A program made the position numbers and the translations under genes. Under the pieces are notes generated by a model. That model ran no database searches. It saw only the letters and a list, made by a program, of their open reading frames with translations, and was not told the origin of the DNA. Shown one piece after another: positions 56,701 to 64,000 of a stretch of 64,000 nucleotides of DNA; the stretch's first letter is position 1, and each line of letters begins with the position of its first letter. The stretch covers positions 1,536,001 through 1,600,000 of the forward strand of contig CAVSGM010000002.1 in NCBI GenBank assembly GCA_963727485.1, in the 5' to 3' direction. This DNA comes from an uncultured delta proteobacterium. GTDB taxonomy: Bacteria > Myxococcota > Myxococcia > SLRQ01.

Positions 56701-57935
56701 GGGCCGCCCTTCTCGAGGCGGGTGACCAGCTGGTCGTGGCCGTCGACGGAGACGTGGCCCAGGACCGAGGGCGGCGCCATGGACAGGCGCAGCCCGCTGT
56801 GGAGGGTGCCGCCGATCCGGTCGCGGAAGGTGAAGCCGCCGCCGTCGAAGTCGAGCCAGAGGGTGCGGTTCAGGGTGAGGGCGTCGGGGGCGGGCCGGGC
56901 GTCTCCCCGGCGGCGGATCGTCAGCTTCAGGGTGTCGCCGGGGCGGGCCCGGTAGGCGGGGAGGCGCTTCCAGGTGTCGGGGAGGCGCGTCTGCTGGGGG
57001 TCCACGGCGGGCAGGCCCGAGAGGTCCACCAACCGGAGGTTCGGGGCGGCCTGGAACACCCAGACCTCCACCTTGGCCCAGGGACCGCCGGGCCTCGGCA
57101 CGGTGAGGGTCTCGACCCGGCCCGGGGCGCGGGCGGTGAGCGCGAGGGTGTAGCGGCCCGGGCGGACCTGGACCTTGAGGTGGCCGTCCTCCTCGACCCG
57201 GGCGGGCAGGGGGCCCTTGAGGGCCATGGGGATGAAGCCCGGGAGCAGCGCCCGGCCCAGGGTGACCTCGCGGTTCTCCCCGGAGACGTCGAGCTCGACG
57301 CGGGTGGTCACCCTGAAGGGCACGGTGTCGTCGAGGTGGCGGAACACCGTCACCTCGAGGCGGTTGGCGTGGGTGCCCTCCACGGCGCGCTTCTGGAGCC
57401 ACAGGGCCCCGGTGTCGTCGCGCTGGGGGAAGGCCACGGCCCGGCCGCGCAGCGTGAGGTCGACGAGGCCGGTGGCCAGCGGCACCTGGAGCTTCTCGGG
57501 GAGGGCGTCCCAGGTGAAGCGGCCGGCGACCACGTGGGCGCCGGGCTCGAGGCGAACCCCCGGCGCGGCGCCCTGGGGGTAGACCACGGCGGGCTTCCCG
57601 TCGACGGTGACGTCCTGGGGTCGGCGGCGGCCCGAGCCCGGCAGCGGCACCCAGCCCCGGTGCTCCACCGTCCAGGTCTGGGTGAACCGGCCGCCGTGGG
57701 CGTCGAGGGTGAGCGCCAGGCGACCAGGCCACAGGCACCGCTGGGCGTCCGGGGATCCGTCGAGGTGGGTGCAGGCCTCGGCGGCGTGGCCGTGGAGGGC
57801 CCAGCCGATCCAGGGCTTGAGGGGCGCCGGGACGTCCTTGGGTGCCAGGGCCTCGGCGCGGGCGGTGGCGGGTACGGCGAGCAGGATCGCGGCGGCGAGC
57901 GCGGCGACGAGACGACCAGCATCGAGACGCGTCAT
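53765..57935 (-). CDS. Large conserved-looking membrane/secreted hypothetical protein (~1390 aa), frameshift ~56645
   Basis: Signal peptide + 'VPAPLKPWIGWAL'. It has two similar beta-rich halves, each followed by TM bundles. Joined from ORFs 53526..58118 and 53765..56644. Confidence 0.75.
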
Positions 57936-58126
57936 CGATCCCCCTTTTGCCCACGCTACCACCCGAAGATCCCCGGGGGGCATCGGGCGACGGGTGGAGG
58001 GGACTTCGTGGCAGGTCGGACCCGCGCCGTGGTCCGGGGGCCACGGGGCCCCCGAACCGGGGCCCGGAACGCCCGCCGATACCGGGGACACGCCAGCCGG
58101 AACGCACCTTGCTACCATCGCCCACC

Positions 58127-61100
58127 ATGCCCCGCGCCCCGCGTCCGACCGTCGCCGTCGTCCTCGCCCTCCTCGTGGTCGCGACCGCAGGCGCCGGGAG
58201 CCCGGCCGGCGCCCCGCGTCTCGGCGCCCACCGCTTCCCCGCCGCCGGCGACCACCAGGCGACCCTCACCATCCCCCGCACCGGCCGCTACCGGATCGCG
58301 GTGAGCAGCGGCACCGGGGTGGCGCTGGCCCTGGTGGACCGGATGCGCGGAGTGGTCGCGCGCGGCGGCGTCGTGGGGATTACCGACGGCCGCCTCGACC
58401 TCCTCCTCGACCCGGGCGCCTACCTGGTCCTCCTCCGCGGAGACCGCCGCGCCAGAGGGGAGGCCACCCTCTCGGCCCAAGCCTTCCACGACGCCCGCCC
58501 CGGCCCGGTGCCGGTGCTCGAGGAGGCGCGGACGGTGACCACCCCCCTCGGCGACCTCGAGCGCCGGGCCTTCTGGATCGACGTGGTGAAGCGGGGCCCG
58601 GTGACCGTGGAGGCCGCCGGGCGCCACCTCGAGGCGATGGACCTGTGGCGCGGGGGCCGCTACCGGGTCCCGGTCGACGCCCTCTCCGGGGCGCAGGTCG
58701 GCACCGAGGGCCGGCCCCTCCAGGAGGTGCGCCTCGCCGCCGTCCTCGACCCGGGGCGCTACCTGGTCACCTGCTGGGGCGGCCCGGGGCTCCCCTGGGC
58801 GGCCGGCGGCCAGGGCCAGCCCCTGGTGGTGCGCCTGGGGATGCGGCGGCTCCCGAGGGTGGCGGTGATCCACGGGAAGGTCCCCGACCTCGGCCTCGTC
58901 CGCTACCGCCTGGCGCCGGGCCGCTTCCCGAGCGCCGTGGCCTTGCGCCTCGACCACCCGGGCGACGCCAGCATGGACCTGGCCACCGTCACCCCGGGCC
59001 AGGTCCCCCCCGGCGCCTACCCCTCGGGCAAGATCTCCAAGAAGCAGCGCCACCCCACCGTGGTCCTCGACACCCAGGGGAGCGACTCGGGGCAGGAGCT
59101 CACCGTCTACGCCGCCCCGGGGACCGGCTACACCCTCACCGTCCTCGCCCACCCGGACCAGCTCCCGGTCCGGGTGAAGCGCCAGGGTGACTACTGGCTC
59201 TCGGTGGTGGGCACCGGCGCCCCCGACGACGGCCTCCAGCCCACCGGGATCCTCACCGACGGCATCCGCGACGCCCGGCGGAGGATCGCCGGCTCCCTGC
59301 CCCACCTTCGCCGGGACGCCGCCTTCTCCCAGACCCTCAATCTCCGCGGCCGCACCTCGGCGCTGCTCGCGGTCGACGACCCGGGGACCTACCGGGTCAC
59401 CGGGTCCGGGGTGGACGACCGCTTCACCCTGGTGCGGCTCGAGACGAGGTGGGCCCGGCACCGGCGGCCGCCGGCGCCGGTGCGCCCGGGGGTCGAGCGG
59501 AACCTCGAGGCCGGGATTTACGAGCTCACCCTCTACCCGGCCCGGGCCGGGGTGGCGACGGTGGCCGTGATCCCCGTCGGGGCCGGGGCCACCAGCGCCG
59601 GGGAGCCGCCGCGGCTCCGGGCGGCCCTCCAGATCCCCAGGGTCCACCTGCGCCCCGACGACGGGTGGGCCCACCGCCACGACTACACCCTGGTGCTGGG
59701 GATGCGCCCCGGGGAGCGCCGGGCAAAGGTGCTGCGCAAGCTCCCCCTCGACCTCACCGAGGCGTTGCCCGTGGACCTGGCGCCCGGGATCCCGGTGACC
59801 CTGCCGGTGAAGGTGAAGGCCGCCAGCCGCCTCCGGGTCGAGGGCGCCGAGGCCACCGCCAAGGTCGACCGGCAGCCCTGCGCCGCCCCCTGCCGGCTGG
59901 CCCCCGGGGCCCACACCGTGACCCTCTCGCTCGGAGGCGGCGACGAGGCGGTGGCCCTGGTCCGCCTGGTCCCGGAGGCCGAGGCCCGGGCCGCCGAGGG
60001 GCCGGTCGCCACCCGCGCCCTCCCGCCGCCGGACCCGCCGCTGACCGTGGCCGAGGTGGGGCCGGGATCGCCGCGGTTCTTCGATCTCCCCCGGCAGGGA
60101 TCGCGGACCTTCCGCCTCGAGGTGCAGCGCCCGGGGGTGTACCGGGTGGAGACCACCGGGCTGCTCGCCACCACCGTGACCCTGCGCACCCGGGTCGCCC
60201 TGAACCTCGCCGCCGGGGTCGGCGGCGGCGACGGGCGCAACGGCCGGGTGGTGCGCTTCCTCCGGCGCGGCGAGTACCTGGTGCGGGTCACCGCCCGGGG
60301 CCGCTCCGAGGGCCACGGGGGGATCGTGGTCACCCGGGCGCCGGTGATCGACGGCGGCGCCCTGGTGGCCGGCCGCACGGCCCGGGCCTCGGTCCCCGAG
60401 AGCCAGGGCCTCGCCTACGCCTTCACCGTGGCCCGGGCCGGGCGCTACCGCCTGCGCACCCTGGCCCTGGGCCAGCGGCCCCCCGCCCGGCTCACCGACG
60501 ACGACGGCTGGCCCGTGACCCCGCCGGACGGGGCCCCGGACGTCACCCTCCGCCTCGCCCCCGGGCGCTACCACTGGCTCACCGAGGGCGTCGACGTCCC
60601 GGGCCGGCGCCTGACCCGCCTGGAGGCGCTGGTCCCGCCCGGCCAGGTGGCCGGCCGGGGGCCCCACCCCCTGCGCCTCGGGGCCTCGGTGCGCGCCACC
60701 TGGATCCAGGGCGACGGGAAGCCCGACGTCTACACCTTCACCCTCCCGGCGAAGGTGAAGGTCCACCTCACCCTGGGGAGCGCCACGATGCAGGCGCACG
60801 TCTATCGGGCTGGCGACGCCTCGCGCACCCCGGTGGCCACCGTGGCCCCGGGCGGCGCCTTCGCCGGGACCCTCGACGCCGGCGCCTACCGCCTGGAGGT
60901 GGTGTGCAGCCGGGTGGACACCCGGGTGCCCTACACCGTGGGCCTCACCGTGGACGCCCTGGTCGCCGGGACCACCCGCACCGTCTCCGTGCCCGGGTCG
61001 GTGGACGTGGTCGTCGCCCGGGCCGGGACCGTCGTCCTCGGGAGCTTCGGGGACGTGGACGTGCGGGGGGTGCTCCGGGACGCCGCCGGGCGGGGGGTGG

Positions 61101-63325
61101 CCGAGGGCGACGACCTCCCCGACGACTGGAACTTCCGGGTGGCCCCGCACCTGGCCCCCGGGCGCTACCGCCTGGCGGTCGAGGGGGTCGGGGGCGCCAC
61201 CGGGTCCACCCGGGTGCGCCTCGAGGTGCCCCGGGCAAGGGCCCACCCCCCGGTGCCCGCCCCCGGGCAGGCCACCCTCGCCCTCGACGGCGGGGTGGTC
61301 ACCGTGCCCCTCCCGGTGACCGGTGCGGGGCTCCTCCGGGTGCGCCTCGACGCCGACGTGGCGGTGGAGGCGACCCTCGTCTCCCGCGACGGCGGCCGGG
61401 TCCTGGCCCGGGGCGCCGGGGCCCGGGTGGTCCTCGCCGTCCCCGTCGCCAGGGGCGCGGCGCCGCGCCTGCGCCTCCTCGCCGAGACCGCCCCGGCGGC
61501 GAAGGTCCACCTCCGGGTGGCGCGCCTGGCCCCGGCGGCGGTGCCCCTCGCCGAGGGCGGTATCTTCCGCCGGGTGCGCACGGGGGCGCTGCGCCTCGCG
61601 GTGAAGCGGCCCGGGACCTTCACCGTGCGCCCGGCCCGGGGGCTCCGGGTGTCCACGGCGGGCGGCGCGGCGGTGGCCGTGGACGGGGGCGACGTCTCGC
61701 TCCCCGCCGGGCCCGCCTGGCTCCTCTGGCCCCGGGCCCCGGGGCAGGTGCGCCTGCGCCGGGCGGTCCTCGACCGCCGCCAGCGCGGCCTCACCCTCGC
61801 CCCGGGCCCCCGGCGGGTCCTCGACGTGGCGCCGTCGCCGGGCCTCGTCCTCGTCCGGGTCACCGCCGACGGCGGCCGGCCCGCGGCGCGCTTCTCCGTC
61901 CCCGCCGGGGCGCCCCCGGCCGCCGACGGCGTGGACCTCGCCCTCGGGCCCAGGTCCGCCCTCGCCGCGGCGCCCCCCGGGGCCCGCCGCCCCCTCACCC
62001 TGTGGAACGCCGAGGCCGGGGCCACCGCGCCCCTGCCGGTGATCGTCTCCCGCCACGCGTTCCCGCTGGGGAAGGCCGCGCCCCTGGCGTCTGGGAGCAC
62101 CACCGTGGCCCTCCCGGCCGCGGGCCACCCCGGTGCCGCCGCCCGGACCTTCGCCCTGCCGGTGGTGCCGGTGGCCCTCCACCTCGGCCTCTCCCGGGGG
62201 CTGGCGGCGGTGGCCTGGGACGCCGGGGGGGTGCGGGCGGTGATCGACGCGGTTGCCGGCCCGGTGGACCGGCGCCTGGTGGTCGCCGCCACCCGCCTCG
62301 CGGTGGTCGACCTCGCCGGCCGGGGCGGCGACGCGGTGATCGTCCGTCGCGCCGGGTCCCCGGCCCGGGTGCCCCGGCTGCGCTCGGGCCGCCCCGTCGC
62401 CTGGCGCTTCGACGCCCCGGGGCGCCTCCCGCTGGGGGTCCCGGCGAGGGCGGGCACCCTGCGTCTCGCGGGGCCGGCCACCGCCTCGGCTCTCGACGCC
62501 GACGGCCACCTGGCCTTCGGCCGGCACCTGGCGCTCCCCAACGGCGGCCGGGTGATCCTCCGCCACGGCGCCGGGATCGTCGCCGCCTGGCTGGAGGACG
62601 GCGGGCACCCCCGCCTCGATCGCTGGGGCCGCCTCCCGGCGGTGGCCGCGACCCCGGTGGCCGCCGACGCGGTGGTGCCCCTGGGGGGCAGCGCCCTGTG
62701 GCTCTCGGTCCACCTCGACCGGCCCTCGGTCCTCTCGGTCGCCGCCGGCCGAGACGTCCTGGTCGCCGTGAGCCGCGCCGTCGCCGCCGGGCCCGGGCGC
62801 ACGGTCGCCGCGCGCCTCGGGGCGCTCACGGGCGACCCGCTGGCCGCCGTGGCCCCGGGCCACCTCGCCCGGGCCCTCGCCGCCGGGGACTACCTGGTGG
62901 GCCTCCGGGCCCGGGCCGGGGGCCTCGCCGGCGTGGCCCGCCTCGCCGCCGATCCCATCCGTCCCGCCCCGGCCGGGGTGGGCCCGGCGTCGCTCCTCGC
63001 CGGGGGCGAGACGAGGGTCTTCGCCTTCTCCGTCCCCACCGCGAGGCGGGTGGGCGTGGGGGTGCGGGCCAGCGCCGACGTCGTCGACGCGGACCTCCTC
63101 GACGCCGCCGGTGCCCGCCTCGCCGATGGCCGCCAGGCCCTCGTCGATTTGAAGCCCGGCCGCTACCTCCTCCGCGTCCGCTGCCCCGCCGGCCGGGGCC
63201 CGGTGCGCATCGCCCCGGTGGTCCTGGGCCTCAACGCCCCTGGCGACGGTCCGCCCCCGAAGGCCCTCACCCGGCTCCTCGACTCCGCGGGCCTCGTCCC
63301 CGCCCGTGCCCCCGAAGGGAAGTGA
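58127..63325 (+). CDS. Very large secreted beta-rich protein with repeated PPC-like modules
   Basis: Signal peptide; more than 10 repeats of an 'L(D/A)PG(R/A)Y(R/L)(L/V)' pattern; 1732 codons uninterrupted. Confidence 0.8.
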   Translation: MPRAPRPTVAVVLALLVVATAGAGSPAGAPRLGAHRFPAAGDHQATLTIPRTGRYRIAVSSGTGVALALVDRMRGVVARGGVVGITDGRLDLLLDPGAYLVLLRGDRRARGEATLSAQAFHDARPGPVPVLEEARTVTTPLGDLERRAFWIDVVKRGPVTVEAAGRHLEAMDLWRGGRYRVPVDALSGAQVGTEGRPLQEVRLAAVLDPGRYLVTCWGGPGLPWAAGGQGQPLVVRLGMRRLPRVAVIHGKVPDLGLVRYRLAPGRFPSAVALRLDHPGDASMDLATVTPGQVPPGAYPSGKISKKQRHPTVVLDTQGSDSGQELTVYAAPGTGYTLTVLAHPDQLPVRVKRQGDYWLSVVGTGAPDDGLQPTGILTDGIRDARRRIAGSLPHLRRDAAFSQTLNLRGRTSALLAVDDPGTYRVTGSGVDDRFTLVRLETRWARHRRPPAPVRPGVERNLEAGIYELTLYPARAGVATVAVIPVGAGATSAGEPPRLRAALQIPRVHLRPDDGWAHRHDYTLVLGMRPGERRAKVLRKLPLDLTEALPVDLAPGIPVTLPVKVKAASRLRVEGAEATAKVDRQPCAAPCRLAPGAHTVTLSLGGGDEAVALVRLVPEAEARAAEGPVATRALPPPDPPLTVAEVGPGSPRFFDLPRQGSRTFRLEVQRPGVYRVETTGLLATTVTLRTRVALNLAAGVGGGDGRNGRVVRFLRRGEYLVRVTARGRSEGHGGIVVTRAPVIDGGALVAGRTARASVPESQGLAYAFTVARAGRYRLRTLALGQRPPARLTDDDGWPVTPPDGAPDVTLRLAPGRYHWLTEGVDVPGRRLTRLEALVPPGQVAGRGPHPLRLGASVRATWIQGDGKPDVYTFTLPAKVKVHLTLGSATMQAHVYRAGDASRTPVATVAPGGAFAGTLDAGAYRLEVVCSRVDTRVPYTVGLTVDALVAGTTRTVSVPGSVDVVVARAGTVVLGSFGDVDVRGVLRDAAGRGVAEGDDLPDDWNFRVAPHLAPGRYRLAVEGVGGATGSTRVRLEVPRARAHPPVPAPGQATLALDGGVVTVPLPVTGAGLLRVRLDADVAVEATLVSRDGGRVLARGAGARVVLAVPVARGAAPRLRLLAETAPAAKVHLRVARLAPAAVPLAEGGIFRRVRTGALRLAVKRPGTFTVRPARGLRVSTAGGAAVAVDGGDVSLPAGPAWLLWPRAPGQVRLRRAVLDRRQRGLTLAPGPRRVLDVAPSPGLVLVRVTADGGRPAARFSVPAGAPPAADGVDLALGPRSALAAAPPGARRPLTLWNAEAGATAPLPVIVSRHAFPLGKAAPLASGSTTVALPAAGHPGAAARTFALPVVPVALHLGLSRGLAAVAWDAGGVRAVIDAVAGPVDRRLVVAATRLAVVDLAGRGGDAVIVRRAGSPARVPRLRSGRPVAWRFDAPGRLPLGVPARAGTLRLAGPATASALDADGHLAFGRHLALPNGGRVILRHGAGIVAAWLEDGGHPRLDRWGRLPAVAATPVAADAVVPLGGSALWLSVHLDRPSVLSVAAGRDVLVAVSRAVAAGPGRTVAARLGALTGDPLAAVAPGHLARALAAGDYLVGLRARAGGLAGVARLAADPIRPAPAGVGPASLLAGGETRVFAFSVPTARRVGVGVRASADVVDADLLDAAGARLADGRQALVDLKPGRYLLRVRCPAGRGPVRIAPVVLGLNAPGDGPPPKALTRLLDSAGLVPARAPEGK

Positions 63326-64000
63326 TCCCCGTGCTCCGCCGCGCCGCCCTCGCTGGCCTCCTGGCCCTCTCGCTCGCCGTCCCCGCCGCCGCCCACGCCG
63401 GGGCGCCGAAGATCGTCCCCCAGACCTTCCTCCGGGGCTACGACCCGGTGACCGTCCTCTTCGACGGCCACCCGGGCCACGCCGGCCCCGAGGACCACCC
63501 GGGCCGCTTCGTCCACCTCGCGCCGAGCTGGCCCGGGGCGTGGCGCTGGGTCGACGACCACACCCTGCTCTTCCGCCCCGTGAGCCCCTGGCCGCCGCTG
63601 GCGCGGTTCACGGTGCGGGTGGGCCGGACCCGGCGGCACCTGGTGACCCTCATGGCCCCGCCGGTGAAGACCGTCCCCGCCGCCGGCGCCGACGGCCTCG
63701 CCCCGGTGAAGACGGTGATGCTCGCCTTCGCCGAGCCGGTGGCCCCGGCGGCCCTGGCGAAGATGGTCCGGATCCGGGTGCGGCCGCTGCCGGGCCTCGA
63801 GGACGGCGTCCACCCCGAGGGCACCTGGATCGGCCCCGAGGGCTTCAGCGTCAAGGCCCTGGCCCGGACCTCGGCGAACGCCCCGGCGCGCTACGTCCTC
63901 CGCCTCGCCCGCCCCCTCGGCGACGGCCACGCCGTCTCGGTGCGCCTGCGCCTCGGCCTCACGGAGGATCCCCACCGGGCCTTCGCCTCGGTGGACTTCG
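63322..64000 (+). CDS. N-terminus of a probable alpha-2-macroglobulin-family / Ig-like domain protein (partial)
   Basis: GTGA overlap with the upstream gene; signal peptide; 'YDPVTVLFD...PGAWRWVDDHTLLFRP..PWPPLARFTV'. Open to the window end. Confidence 0.65.
   Translation, partial: MIPVLRRAALAGLLALSLAVPAAAHAGAPKIVPQTFLRGYDPVTVLFDGHPGHAGPEDHPGRFVHLAPSWPGAWRWVDDHTLLFRPVSPWPPLARFTVRVGRTRRHLVTLMAPPVKTVPAAGADGLAPVKTVMLAFAEPVAPAALAKMVRIRVRPLPGLEDGVHPEGTWIGPEGFSVKALARTSANAPARYVLRLARPLGDGHAVSVRLRLGLTEDPHRAFASVDF

Overview
This 64-kb window is very GC-rich bacterial DNA. A MYXO-CTERM-type sorting signal, a PEGA/Ser-Thr kinase module and an AgmX/TonB-C-like protein suggest a Myxococcota-like organism. 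The left half (about 0.4-28.9 kb) holds a greatly expanded His-Xaa-Ser (Hxs) RiPP-like locus. Its parts are: a 105-aa precursor whose core is HVS + 18 x HGS + W, an HxsB-type radical SAM/SPASM maturase, two HxsD-like proteins, six further radical SAM genes (one fused to a methyltransferase, one a B12-type rSAM fused to a second rSAM domain), an HEXXH-motif peptide-modifying enzyme, an ABC exporter, and three small proteins that appear to share an unnamed domain. A kinase/PEGA/lipoprotein/tail-collar operon and an IS91-like remnant interrupt the locus. At 35.8-37.2 kb there is a CUAEP-tail radical SAM gene with an in-frame UGA followed by a SECIS-like hairpin, so it is probably a selenoprotein that the ORF track truncates. 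The right half is more ordinary: hybrid histidine kinases, isoaspartyl peptidase, LMF, thermonuclease, GH31, tandem DUF2330-like genes, phosphoesterase, purL, and large secreted proteins ending in a probable alpha-2-macroglobulin gene. About 20 single-base frameshifts interrupt otherwise intact genes and look like assembly errors. All family assignments come from motif recognition by eye; no searches were run.
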